DNA of 64,000 bases from Tubulanus polymorphus (Eukaryota; Animalia; Nemertea), in the NCBI RefSeq assembly GCF_964204645.1, contig NC_134031.1:18793910-18857909 (forward strand). The letters run 5' to 3'. Under the pieces are notes generated by a model. That model was given only the letters and a program-made list of their open reading frames with translations, did not search any database and was not told the origin of the DNA. Made by a program: the position numbers and the translations under genes. Positions 1 through 13,500 of the stretch are shown piece by piece. How positions within the stretch are numbered: position 1 is the stretch's first letter; every line of letters starts with the position of its first letter.

Positions 1-1651
1 CACGACGCCGACAATAATTGAAATATCCAGCATCAGTTCATGTAACATTATTTCATTTATTCTAAAAAAATCCGATAAAACTCAAACTAACAATTGTCGA
101 TTTACAAGAGCCTCTCGAAAACGGTGCATCCAACGAACAACGCCGACGCCTCGTCTCGCCGAGTGTCTCTTCATGAGAGGCAATTTATGAATATTTGCTA
201 ATGAAATCATTTCGATGCTGGCGATAATTATATGTAAATTTGACTGCGAATCTCATCAGCAAAAACATTCGCATTCCTGAAACTGAGCCGTTGAATTTTT
301 CGCAGCAGTTGTAGATTTTGTATTGTGCGTGAGATTTAACTACTACCGCAGTTATGATTAGTAATTGCAATGAAGACCCTCTCAAAAAAAGTTGTTTTTC
401 TAATTCAGAAATTGTGATGAAAATATGGACTGAAATTTTTTTTTAATTCAAATTTATTTTTGCTGAATTCTCGGAGGTGGGTCCGTACTCAATAATTAAA
501 AAAGGCCTAACATAGCATGTCGCTGTTCCCTATGATCTTCGACCAATCGAACCTGGATAACATTTATGAAGCTTGTATCGCGACGAATGTGGAGATCACT
601 AAATAGTGGAAATTGACGGAAATTCATCATAATTAACGCGATAAATAGCATTTGTCCGAAACTGTCAGTTACTCCACGGTTGGTCCTCAGTAGATAGGTA
701 CAGAAAGGAAAGCGTTCAGAACTCTTCCGCGTTCGCTCGTAATTTCATACAATTAAAATTACAATAGTACTTGAAAAAGATTATTCTTTATTGCCTGACA
801 ACGCATATTCAGTAAATACGGCCGCGTTGACGTAGGTCCGGACGCCTTTTACAAACGCGCGCACGTTTACGAGATATAATTCCATTTTGACGGATGATGG
901 AACCTCATAAGCGCGCGTAGTGACTAGAGACATGAGTTCAGAATCACACGTTATAACAATAAAACTGCACTGAACAGCCTCAACCGACACACGCTCTCAA
1001 CGCGCCCTCAACGCGCCCTCAACGCGGCCATCTTTCAATTCACTGATTATATGATTATTTATTAATCAGTTGATCTCTGCGTCGAACATCTATAAACTGC
1101 AGAGCTCAACGCCACGATCGCATGAGTGTTTTAGGCCCATGGAGAAACCAATGTGGAACTGGTTTCTGCCAAAATGTTTAAGATTCAACGAGCAACATCC
1201 AAACCTCATTGTCTAGAACAACATTTGCATTACATTTGTACCTTGAATAGAATTGTAATAGCAGAGACTGCAGTATCGAAATAAAGGGTTAATCATTATT
1301 TTTCGCGTCGCTAAAAATTGCGCGAATTGCTACAAAAAACCCGCAGCTTGTTCAATACTCGCGTCGCGGTAAAAAAGTGTAATAAACAGAAGGTGTAGTA
1401 GAGACTCACAGCATGTAGTCATCAATATCAGCATTGTCATTAAATACAGTGAGACTGTGATAACAATAGAGCAGGAGAGACAGTCACACAGTGTTCACGG
1501 GAAGATACTGTACCGATATCAAAATCTGAGTACCCCACAGTTTTACACAGGCCTGGCCAAACTTATGACATTTATCACTCAACTAGGAGTTAGTTGCAGC
1601 TAAGTACTGAGCACTCCAAGGTTAAATAGTGAATCCTTAGATTTAGCAGTT

Positions 1652-2017
1652 CAAGCTCATTTTGATTCAATCAATCTAACAACAACTTAAGTCCAGCCGA
1701 AGCTCATTTTGGTTCTATAACCAATCTAACAACTTAAGACCAGTCTAAGCTTATTTTGGTTCTATAACCAATCTAACAACTTAAGACCAGTCTAAGCTTA
1801 TTTTGGTTCTATAACCAATCTAACAACTTAAGACCAGTCTAAGCTTATTTTGGTTCTATAACCAATCTAACAACTTAAGACCAGTCTAAGCTTATTTTGG
1901 TTCTATAATCAATCTAACAACTTAAGACCAGTCTAAGCTTATTTTGGTTCTATAATCAATCTAACAACTTAAGACCAGTCTAAGCTTATTTTGGTTCTAT
2001 AACCAATCTAACAACTT
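1652..2017. repeat. 47-bp minisatellite (~7.5 copies) inside a MITE family B copy
   Basis: Unit AAGCTTATTTTGGTTCTATAACCAATCTAACAACTTAAGACCAGTCT, period 47 (e.g. CAGTCT at 1741 and 1788). The 3' flank 2018-2068 is a degenerate reverse-complement family B end. Confidence 0.93.
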
Positions 2018-2885
2018 GGGAGTCTTATGATTCAAGGCCATTTTCGCATTTAGTCTTGTGCAATTGCACGGCGCAGGAATATAGAAGTAAACGATCGAAT
2101 CAGATCCAAACTTATCTAACGGCTGTTGGCTTCATATTACATGAATAAAATATCGATCTGAACTATGAAAGAAACTGTAAACCTTTATTCCGTTAGGCAA
2201 ACCTTCCGACCGATAGAAATACAACCGGCATCGAAGGAAAACACTTCACAGCACCTGCCGTTTTATACCGGCGGAGTAGACTAGACTTAAAAAACACAAA
2301 AATCAGCAGCAGCTCGGCGTGGAATCGGTGGATCGAGATCACCGGTCTCTATATATCAATAGAATCTTTACAAACGTCTTCCGAGGCAGCATTTGGTCAA
2401 AATTGATTTCTTGTCATTTTCTACGATAGCAATACACACGAGAATCGTAGACATCTTTCCCAATCAAATATCTAACAGTTTCGTGTCTCTAACAGTTGGA
2501 GTTTTTTTCCCTCACGTCTGCGACACATAACCGAGCTAAAACTGAGCTGATTTTATTTAGCGTCAAATCTACAAGACCTAAACTACGGAAACGGAACCAA
2601 TGTTTGGTCGTATATGAGTCTGCGAGACTTTTGACAAAATCTGAGTAAAACTCTTGTAAAACACATACAGTCATTGTCACTCACTCTGTAATGATATGTC
2701 AGTCTAGTGCTTTTCCTCCAGAGCATTAACACAGTGGATTCTCATTCTGTTTCACTGATATCATTTTTAAAACAGTTGGGCTTTTGTCTCATTGTCTCTC
2801 AATCTCCCTCGTCATATAATACACAGTGGTATCACATATCAGTGAAACTAAAGAGGATTAAATCCATCGATCCATAGCAAATTCA

Positions 2886-3470
2886 CTGAGGCAGTATATC
2901 AGCTCTTGAGGCAATTCCAGCTTTTGCGGCAATATGGCAATACCAGCTCTGAGACCGTATACCAGCTCTGGAGGCAATACCAGCTCTTAAGGCAATACCA
3001 GCTCTTAAGGCAATACCAGCTCTTGAGGCAATACCAGCTCTGAGACAGTATATCAGCTCTGGAGGCAATACCAGCTCTTAAGGCAATACCAGCTCTGAGA
3101 CAGTATATCAGCTCTGGATGCAATACCAGCTCTGGAGGCAATACCAGCTCTGGAGGCAATACCAGCTCTGGATGCAATACCAGCTCTGGAGGCAATACCA
3201 GCTCTTGAGGCAATATCAGCTCTGAGACTGTATATCAGCTCTTGTAGCAATACCAGCTCTGGATGCAATACCAGCTCTTGAGGCAATTCCAGCTCTTAAG
3301 GCAATAATACCATCTCTTGAGGCAATACCAGCTCTGGAGGCAATACCATCTCTTGAAGCAATACCAGCTCTGAGACAGTATACCAGCTCTGAGCATGGAA
3401 TTCGTTTTAGAGTCCATGCTCAGAGGCAGTTTATCAGCTTTGAGACAGAATACCAGCTCTGAGACAGTGG
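2886..3470. repeat. 18/20-bp minisatellite
   Basis: GAGGCAATACCAGCTCT(G/T) units interspersed with GAGACAGTATATCAGCTCT variants; source of the spurious PPELVL/RAGIAS ORFs. Confidence 0.93.
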
Positions 3471-4039
3471 AATCAGCAGTATTGGATGCCGCTGTCATGT
3501 AATGATTACAATGAGCTGAGAGAGAAGCTCGTTATATCGAGTCACGGTCACCGCGCATTATTCATCCAAATATTACAATAAACGGTTTATTCGAAATATC
3601 ATCCGATCACCAATGATATGAGAGCAGCTCGGGGAACTATTGTGCGCCGAGTTCTGAAACCGATAACCAACTCGTCACTGGTCGGGAGTGCAGTCGTTTT
3701 CAACAATGATTCAAACAACGACTAATGGACTCCTCGATCATTTTGAAAATTTAATGCCCGTCACGACGATACCGTCACAATCGAGAGTTGATTATGATGT
3801 GAAATTCCCGGTAGAATAGCGTTCATCCGTACTGAAGGTCGCGCGGAGGCTCGCGTATGGTAGTAGTACATCGTCGTATCGCCGCGTGAAACGATGAACT
3901 CAGTCGGCTCTGGTGGAAATAGTCGACGATGAAAAGCTTTACAAAGTCACAACTGAGTTTGTGATGATTAAACAAATAATGAACTTATTCGAACTCATTG
4001 AACAGAATGAACGGGAAGGGTCATAAATTTACACTCTGC

Positions 4040-4245
4040 TTGTGGACTCAGTACCTTCGGCAGACGATCTATCTCCCGCCCTTCTTGCTCCCATTCTTTG
4101 GAATGCTCTATATCCATCATGAACCCATTCTGGCTAAATTCAAAAGACTCCTAAAAACATACCTGCTCAACTGTTTAATACTGGATTACTTTTAAATGCC
4201 CCTGAACATTGAATCAGTTGAATTGGTGCTGAATTGTTTCATAAT
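4040..4245 (+). mobile_element. Degenerate 3' end of an L2/CR1-group LINE (ORF2 C-terminus plus 3' UTR)
   Basis: Frameshifted translation FGRRSIS/APILWNAL/LAKFKRLLKTYL matches the typical L2 ORF2 C-terminus (G.RSFS.AAP.LWN.LP...FK..LKT.LF), followed by a degenerate tail TAAATGCCCCTGAAC...GAATTGGTGCT. Confidence 0.7.
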
Positions 4246-5342
4246 CATCGAGATCAGAGCTCTGTCAGTGCAAACAGCGAAAATGATTAATCAAATGGTA
4301 ACCTATAGTCTTTCATTGAGAAATTTCTAGATCTTCGAGAAATCGCATCTTTCAACCTCAGAGAATTGAGAACTTTGTTTCAGAGTAAAGTTGCGAGAAA
4401 AAAAAATCGATTTTCAACACTGCCTATTTACATGAAAATGTCAGAAGTTATCCATCACGCTGGTACAGTCTAAAACTATGAGTAAAAGCTTTTAAACAAA
4501 AAAGCCACACCCTTCGACAAATTAGAGCTTTTAAAACCAACTCTGCAAACAAATCTTTTCTTGAAATGCGCGAATAGAAAATACTACACTATCAATAGCA
4601 TGATGTTGTCTAGATTATCTTCAAAAATACACAAACCTGTTCCACACAAGTTTGAACATTAACTAACTCAACTAATTAAGACTTGGTGGAATTGCAGAGA
4701 TTCAGATTCAAATATATTGCTTCAGAAATTATACAATCTTTGCGAGCACAGTTTATATAGTTACAGTAACTTCAGATTCTTATAGACAGAATCCAGAGCT
4801 ATGAATTACACAACAATTTTCAAATTGAGCTTTTTCGAGATTATTTTGAGTAGCTAATTTGCACCGGGATTCCAATACTCGCCTAGACAGCGATTACACA
4901 AATGGTGCCCCGTCTTAACATCTATTTTTCCCCCATGTCATCGGAAAATATATCGCCTAGAAACACTCCAGATCCGGTCCAGCACCACAAATCTATAAGT
5001 CGATGTGAAATCTCTGTCAATCTCGATTAAGAGATCATCGAGGTTTATTCGATTATAGGTTCGTGAACGGACCACAGACGGTTAAATCATTCAATCAGTG
5101 TTTATTGAGTCTCGACCTCTAAACTATACATCAATACTGTCTCTCATTCGATATTATAGAGAATCATGCTCTCTCTTCTCCTCTCTCCCTCTCTCTCTCT
5201 CCTCTCTCTTCTCAGTGTGTAGAATCGATCATCAATACCCACAGTTTATCCACTCACAGAACACAAATTCCCCACTTATCACTAACTGTTCAATGATCTA
5301 GTTAGTCTCAGAGAAACTGTAGTAGATCTTTGCCAGGGTTTT

Positions 5343-5420
5343 TGATCTTGAAATAAGGTTGATTGTCCCGTTTATCTATTTGATTGGTTGATTTACAAAC
5401 CCATCACACCTGCCAGATGA
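5343..5420 (-). mobile_element. SINE-like family fragment (3' part)
   Basis: Reverse complement reads GGCAGGTGTGATGGGTTTGTAAATCAACCAATCAAATA...CCTTATTTCAAGATC, matching 7845-7935 and 23130-23175. Confidence 0.55.
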
Positions 5421-5986
5421 GACATTTCAACTATCGTAATCTTTCACCTCCAACCGATTCCTCAGGGTGACACCATCGCCGCTTAAGGAACCTATGTATC
5501 ATTTCTCAGGGACGTTTCTTATTTCACAATTTCCTAAATTCCATTTTTTCGGGGCAGATTTTGACGCTTTCCCATGATTTCCACGCACTTCAAACCGCGA
5601 TAATACACTCATCCCGTAAGTGCTCAAACCACGAGTATCTAATCTCCAAAACCTCAATTAACCGGTACCGATAATGAGTTCTAATTAACCTAATTATCCA
5701 ACGGTAATTTGCCTCGGATTTTTGTTCGTTGTTAATTCCGGTTATAGATTAGCAATAGCCTCACGCAGAATGACAAACACTGGTTACTTTCTGCTTGCTC
5801 CTGTTATATTACAGCCTCATTTTAGTGCCGTGGGTTTCATGAGCTATGTAAACTTATTATCAGATATTAATCAGGACATCTTCAGTATAGGCATAGTAGT
5901 GTTGCATACGAGATTGCCGCTGATTTGGAAACAGAAGCCGCGATCACATGTAGAGGATTTGGCCCGGGCCCATTTAGAGCCAAAAC

Positions 5987-6049
5987 TGAAGCTACGATCG
6001 CGAATGTTTGCATTATTTAGAAATCTAGAACCATCTGAATTTAGTCTGT
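5987..6049 (+). repeat. 63-bp dispersed repeat, copy 1
   Basis: Reverse complement of 14225-14287 with one mismatch. Confidence 0.9.
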
Positions 6050-7804
6050 ACTAATTATCCATATAGGGGGAAATTCCGAACTATTTGCAAGTTGGTCCCT
6101 TCCGTTATAGAGCGGAGCAATAGGCCGACCAAAAAGAACATTCCAGGTCCGATCAAAATGTAAGAAGAGACCATTCTTCTGTGCTTGGTTTAGTGCCTGC
6201 GTCTAGCTGTTCCAGTGATAACAGCAGATTTAAAAATGTCCACGAAGGGACAGGTCTGGTTTGGTGTGTTCCAGGTATGGGTCAAACGAATTAGAACGGA
6301 CTAACTAGCCGATAGTCTGGCTTACTAAAGAGACTAAAAAGGAAAACATGACAAATTTGAGAACGAACACCTGTGTTCGAAATGTCATCATTCAATGTCT
6401 TCAAAGTTTTAAACCGTCTTCAAAACAGCGTTATAAAAACATTGTGAATCTTTGATGTTCCGTGATAGACGTGACAGTTTTTTATGTGAACTGACTGCTT
6501 CGGGCCTACCTGAAAATCTGATTAGATCTGCGCCTAATCTGTAGATTTTTTATTGTTAAAAACACGTGTAAAATCGCCTTCATCCGATATAATCAAAGGT
6601 TAAAACCGTGTCTAACATTTTTCTACATGGAAAATAAAGTCATCATAGTTTTTTGTCACGTTCAATGCGAAAAAGTTGTTACAACGGTTGATTGTATTTT
6701 CTGATAAACGGGTCGCGCCTGTGTGGGGCCGGTATTTGAAGCTATTGTCCGGTCAGCTATGGGATTGACCTCACGGCGAGTCCTATAAATCAAAAGCACG
6801 ATTTTGACCAAATTGATGCAGATTATTTTGTGAAATGCATTTAGGTCACGTAATTATAGGCTACTGAATCGACTAGTGACAAGTCCAGCCATGTGAGACA
6901 AATAACAGTGAGTTCTACAAGTTTTGGCTAAAACATAATTGATTCTCAGTCGAAAGCAGAAACAGAAACCAAGTTTTTTAAGACCAAGAACTGACAGGAT
7001 TTTGGAATAACGCATATCCAGTGACAGTCCCTGACAGGGGATTGTGTCAGCTTATTCTTAATTTCTAAAAAAAATCCATTAATGCAGAAAAGAGCGCCAC
7101 AGTCTTCAAAGGTAATGGGCTTAATATGAGGGATTGTTTCTAGCATTAGCCGTGATCCGGGGCCAAATCGCAGCAATTGCAGAAATTTGATTTTCAGAGT
7201 CTCCCTCACAGCATGTTACCGCACAAAGAGTTCCTAAAACAAACAAACACCGATCAGTGTCCCCTATCAATAGCGATTGATACCGCTGAATTTGATTCAA
7301 TGATTCTATCTATATCTGTGACAGATGGCTGGATTTAAACCTATCAAACTCATCATCAATAGCGTTCGATAGCTTAGCACATTGATCAGATATTAATCCT
7401 GACATAATCAAACCAGGGTTTCACTCTTCAGATTCTACCCCTTAAACGTAACGACGCCACTCATGATATAACACTTAATTATACACGTACTCATTAAAAT
7501 TCATCAAATAGCTTGAGCACTTCCTCGAATACAAAACAATGCTATTTTTAACCTAACGACAAAACGTTTTACGAGATCCGAAGATCGACCAATTTCACGC
7601 ATTCAAATTCATATGTTAAATTACTAATAATGAAAGCAAGTGATTCAGAAAAACTTACATAGGCTGAATATAGATGTTGCTACTAAATATATTCCGCTCC
7701 AAATCCTTATTCATCTCACACCCCCCCCCCCCCCCACATAAAACCCAAATTATGTACTTCAATTTAAATAAAAAAAACTCTGGAGCTTTTGCCACTGATT
7801 ATGC

Positions 7805-7935
7805 AACTTTCGATTTCTGATTTCAAAACAAACCCCCCCTTTCGCTTCCGGTAGTTGTGGTGTGTTTGTAAGGGGCACCATCAAACAAATCTACCAATCA
7901 AATAAACAACAGCTTCAATTCCTATTTTAAAAGAT
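7805..7935 (+). mobile_element. SINE-like family body
   Basis: TTCGATTTCTGATTTCAAAACAAACCCCCCTTTCGCTTCCGGTAGTTGTGGTGTGTTTGTAAGGGGCACC...ACCAATCAAATAAAC is shared with the copies at 19.1, 23.1 and 34.4 kb. Confidence 0.6.
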
Positions 7936-9073
7936 TCTAATGTGAAAAAGTGGCAACATTAACCCTTAGTAACTGACAGAAAATATGAAAAAAGTCCTGA
8001 CTCCTGACTCACAGGGAGTCCTTCCCTAAATTATCAAAATATTGTTGTATTTTTTATCTACAGAGCTGGAATTTCTTTGAAACTGAATATCGCACAGGGT
8101 AACAGGGTATCTAGAAGACCCTCTAGCGATAACCTTCTCAAAGCACAGGTCGAAGTTTTATCAAACGAACCAACGCAAGCAATCGCAAAGTCCATCGTAC
8201 GAACAATAATTTTCATATGAAGCAAACGAGGATTGATGTGTCTGGTTTATGATTCATCCTGTAATTATTGCTGCCAGAATAAAACTGTTAATTACCTGAT
8301 AATTAAAGCGATTATTAGGTAATCATTTCGGCTGGATAGGACACAAACTTTTGGCATATTGTTGTAAAGCAATCTGTTGAGGTGACCTTGATTCAATGGT
8401 CAAATCCGTTGAACACAAAGCCCCCCTTAAGGACTGTGTAGTGTAATGATACACAGTATGGGTCAAACTATTGATTATATACTTATAGTGCACTAATGAC
8501 AATGGTCAATCTAGCACAAAGCAATTTGTTATGAGAACTATAATTAAATGTTGACCACCTTTCTTCCACAAAGGTCCATTACATATAGTGACTCTAAAAC
8601 ATATCGCCACTTAGTGAAATTGACATCGATATCGAATTCATTCTCAGAAAACGTAGATAAGAGATGCCAACCGAAAATGGGGTCACCATTTTATCGTTTG
8701 AGGGGTAAAGTCATGGCATAGATATGGAGGTTAAGATTTGGTAAGTGAGATCAAAATATAGGTTAATTTTTTCAAGGCTCATTCTTCTAACATGTATCGA
8801 ATCTTGTAAATCTAGACTATTCCCCCCCACCCCCCCCCCCCCCCCCCGTAAAGGTATATCCTACGCTAATGAGTGAACAAGAAACCACTTTGTAAAACCT
8901 GATAATCCCGCAGGATAGAGAGATCCATGCGATCCTGAGAGATCCCACTCTCCCGGAGGAAGGTTAAGAATGACTAACAACTGGTCAACATATGGCTTAC
9001 TATAAACACTGGTATTACTAATTAGTACAACTGTATGTATTATACACTTTTAGTATAGGTAAAGACTGTGAGG

Positions 9074-9077
<4 letters not shown>

Positions 9078-9157
<80 letters not shown>
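9078..9157. repeat. (AG)40 microsatellite
   Basis: Perfect dinucleotide run. Confidence 0.98.
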
Positions 9158-9161
<4 letters not shown>

Positions 9162-11269
9162 ATATTCAAAAATCTTAATGAATAAACAATAAATTTGCTT
9201 ATTTCATTTAAAAGAATTCATTAGAATATTTCTTTTTCCAAAACTATCTTATTCATATCATATTCAGATAATGCCACCTAACGCCAACCTTTCTTCATGT
9301 TCCATTTTCAGTTAAAACAATTGAAGTAAGCTCGCTCTCAATTCAAGTATTTAGTATTTTGGTATTTCAAAAAATGACTTTTATTAAGGATTTAGTCAAA
9401 ATGTTCGAAAACAGAATTCATTCATCATCTCCGAGTGTGGGATTTTCGATATTTACCCCCTTTTCTTTCCTGAAATTTTCACCTAGCTACAGTAACCACA
9501 TCTTACAACGACGAAGACACAAATAAAACAAACTGAGGCTAAAACTGCGCAGTGCGAGACTGGTGCTGGTGGTGGTTACTGCTGCTGTTCCGTAATAAAA
9601 TGATTTTGTGATCTCAGTGCAGATGGCATCACAGTATCATCGAGCTATCAACATCAACATTTCCAATACTGCAGGGATACAGTACACAGTTCTGTGCTGC
9701 AAGTGTCACTCCGACAATACTGAGAATAGGGTATTCCATTCTCAATTTACAGTTTTCTAACTCCAAAATATTATCCGATAAAAGTACTTTGTATATGGAG
9801 CGGAAGTCTGTTAAAATATTCAATCAGAGATCCAATAGGTTTATAAATAATCATTACAAAATTATCTCAGAGAAATATTCCAGTCCTAAAAGCGAATTGC
9901 GAATTTTCAATTCAAAATGAGATAAAGAGACCTTATTAAACAGAGCATCAAAAATCTGCTCATTTAAATGCACATTGTCTGTACGTGTTATGCATTTTCC
10001 ATACAGTAATTTCCAAGTATAAAACCAGCTTTTCATCAAAATGATAGTTCCTTTTTTATCCATTATATTACTTTGGTTTGATATATATGCGATTAAGACC
10101 GTTACTTTGGCCCAACCGGTATAGTGACAGATTAAACCAAATTGAAAACATACGTAACCAACCCAAAAAAAACATTACAAATGTCTTATCTAATCATCAT
10201 AAAGGTTCTATAATGAAAATAAGGCGGTTTCTATACGATATAAAGACATAGTACGGGGCTAAATAGTCAGTCCGTAGAATAACTGTCAAACTGAGAATGT
10301 GGTACCGGTTGTCAATCGCCCGACTACTAAAACTGACTGAAAAAAAAGACTAACAACATTTACTACTGAATAATACTTACAAACGTCAAGGGCTGTAATT
10401 CCGAAAAACAACTGTATCCATATTTGAACGACCGTATAAAATATCCAAAGAGACGTTGAATCCATCGTTGTTTTAAATCTCTCTCTCTAAAATTCTACGC
10501 GTAGTACGTATTGATAGTTATAATCCTTATGTATGTGAGGTACGGCCGCGTTTAGTCGGTACGTCCATTGTACGCGCCGTACAAAGCTGAAATGAAGAAC
10601 GGTAGAATACTCAACGTAAAGCAATACACGAGTCCATTCAACGCGAGCGGCTTGCGTAGGGGTGACAGACTAAGCGCATTAGTCTGAATAGGGAAGGTAG
10701 GCGGTGAATCCCAGCGTCATTCGACGTCATTATATACGCGAAATCATTCGTCGTACGAGGACGCGTAGTATCGGTTACTTAAAACTGCGACATTTAAGTT
10801 TTTTTTTCTAAGTGAAATAGTACAGTGGGCGTCATTGACGAGGTGGTGTTGTCTGTGTTGAAAATAATCGCGACATTCAAAGAAAAGAAAACTCATTCGT
10901 TAACGGTATCTATCGACATTAAGCCCGCCATATCAGTTCACCGTCTCAAATTCTCAATAATATTTTGCTTCGAGTAACGCAAAGATTTTTTAAAGGTATT
11001 CACATCAGAAAGAGATAATAGTGTGGGCGATTGGGATAAGCTTTCAGACGAGGATCACCTTGAGAAGACCACCCGCCCAAAGCCCAGCCCACACAGCAGA
11101 GTACGCGGCGATGGCGTGCGAAAATCTGTTACGATGGTTGACATAAATATTATTTTCAATAACCAAATACTTTTTTAGAATGTCGAGAAAAGTATATTTT
11201 CACTAATTCAACCCAAATTACAATTCAAAACTCATTGATGTTTTATTCCTGGAGTTGACTCTGTAGATA

Positions 11270-11298
11270 CTTGGAGTAATCACACTGATTACTCCAAG
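11270..11298. repeat. 29-bp perfect hairpin (possible micro-element)
   Basis: CTTGGAGTAATCA-CAC-TGATTACTCCAAG with 13-bp perfect arms. Confidence 0.8.
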
Positions 11299-12619
11299 GT
11301 GGAGTCGAAAAGTTGAGAAAACTATTACCGTAGCTCAAGTAAACATTTTCGACTCGTTTTTCTTTTATATTGTGGGATTTTGTAGTATATTATTACAACA
11401 CGGAGGACTCGGAGAGTGTTTCATCAATATCAAATGACTTCATTCTTGTCTGCGTTTCTCTCTTAATTGTGCGTGGTTTCATCGTAGGAAACATTTCGTC
11501 GAGTTCTTACACTAGGATTTATATCATCACAATTCATTAACTTTAAAAAAAATAACCGACACATTTCGAGAGATGTTGTTTTCTCGTGTTACTTCGGGGC
11601 ATTACGCAATTATAATGAGACCGATGTATTGTATACAACAACAACGATCCCTCATGACTCAGGCCCGTGACTAGATTCGCTCTACTAGGACCTCAGACAT
11701 CAAACAAAACGAATGTTTAGTCATATCGTCAATTATTCTCAAATCTTTGTCTAATAAGTCGACGGTGTAAGTTGTTTTGGACGGCTTTGTTAATTAGGCA
11801 CCTCACAATACGACGGGGTCGGGCTTTGAAATCGAGAGATTAGACAATGGTATTAGTGCGCGCCGCGGTCGGATAACGATGCCGGAAATGTCGCCGCGCT
11901 CTCAAAAACACGTATCACGTAAACCAGAAAAAAACGCGCGCCCGCGCTCTCGCTCCGACTCAGGCTCTCTTTGATCAAAGCAGCCGATCTCAATCGACGC
12001 AGCGAGCGCACGATTCATTAAAGTTTACGCTAAACTGCGCGCGTATAACAATACTATCTGTGACTATCTCCGGAAAAGGCGAAGTTATGCTTTCAGATGT
12101 TCGCGGCGTTTTTGAAATATCTTAATCATAATGGATTTCATCGGGTTCGATCAAAGAGTCTCTGCACTCGGCTACCCTATACACTATCAGTAAAACCTGG
12201 GTCGAAAAATTGAAAGTCTTTTTAAGTCGCGCTGCTAATTCCAATACGACGGGGAACGGGTCGTGTCTTCGGTTTCAAAGCTTAGTTTAAAGAATGTTGA
12301 TAAAGTGTAAACGAGGAGTGTAATGAGCAATGATTGACACTATACGTTTTCTGTTGTTGTCGTCTTTTGATGTAAAAAGTAGTTTAAAAAGCCGACTTTA
12401 GTAGCTACAGCTATCGGAATGGAATGCGCCATATTCTTTTCAAAGCTGAAAACTACTCGAATATTAAACAAAAGGCTTTAGAAACAAGATTAACCCTTTA
12501 AATTTCTCCTTGAAAGATGCGAAATCTCGACTAAAATCGTGATCTGAAATCATTTTGATCGGAGGCGTTTAACATTTTCGCTTTGGCTGTGTTAATGGGG
12601 CCTGGGGCATACGACTCAG

Positions 12620-12720
12620 GGCCCCAGTTGCAGTCATGACTTTAAGTCCAAGGGTGGTAAACTTACTCATACGGCTGACATTGGCTATAGAATTTTAAGA
12701 TGGTTTTTGACAGGTCTTAA
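12620..12720 (+). mobile_element. Degenerate MITE family B copy
   Basis: CAG|GGCCCCAGTTGCAGTCATGACTTTAAGTCCAA...ATTGGCTATAGAA matches the copies at 30.1, 47.3 and 62.4 kb. Confidence 0.6.
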
Positions 12721-13244
12721 AGGATTTGACTCCTTGTCTATCAAGCATGGAATTATCCGGGAGTGTTCAACTGGACTCAGAATGCTGCATGCTCCAAGAA
12801 CTCTGCCCTACTTTTTCCTGAATCACAATCTTCATCGAGACGGATTTATAGGAAGAGAAAAAAACGAAAATCAAATGAACCAAATCGAACAATCTTTCAA
12901 TTATCCCCGAGACTGATTATGAATATCTCTAATTAATCGAGTCATCTCAGTAATTTATGAGAGATTATTATTTTCCCGCTAATTTCATCAAGATGCACAG
13001 ACACAGAGACGGAGAGAGATGATCGAAATATAATTAACGGCCGAAAATTATAGGATATCATCGCGCAGTGTGGAGCCGGGTAACATCAAAAGCAGTAATC
13101 GGACTGAAGATACAGAGGCGAAGTATAATGATATTATCAACAGTGCATTGATCTTATAATTATCAGCGGTTGATCATAAAATGATCTTAGAAACTGATTT
13201 GAGTAGTTTTTTATCGTATCTTTTGGATCTCTTGAAGTAGATGT

Positions 13245-13500
13245 GGAACCCAGTTCCACAGTCGTGTGTATTCGATTTAACTCTGAACCCAGTTCCACAG
13301 TTATGTGGGTTTACATTGACTCTGAACCAAGTTCCACAGTCGTGTGTATTCGATTTAACTCTGAGCCCAGTTCCACAGTTATGTGGGTTTACGTTGACTC
13401 TGAACCCAATTCCACAGTTATGTGGGTTTACGTTGACTCTGAACCCAGGTCCAGTTGTGTGCATTTAATTCGATTCCGGATTCAGATCCACAGTTATGGT
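13245..13500 (+). repeat. 39-bp MITE-arm-derived minisatellite (~6.5 copies, partly A-B-A-B)
   Basis: Unit CTGAACCCAGTTCCACAGTT(A/G)TGTGGGTTTA..TTGACT; period 39. Confidence 0.9.

Noticed and set aside
2883-3498. PPELVL / RAGIAS repeat ORFs
   Set aside because: Artefact of the 18-bp unit, with frequent frameshifting 20-bp variants.
12740-12800. L2-like QL.QNAA motif
   Set aside because: Needs a frameshift and has too little supporting context.
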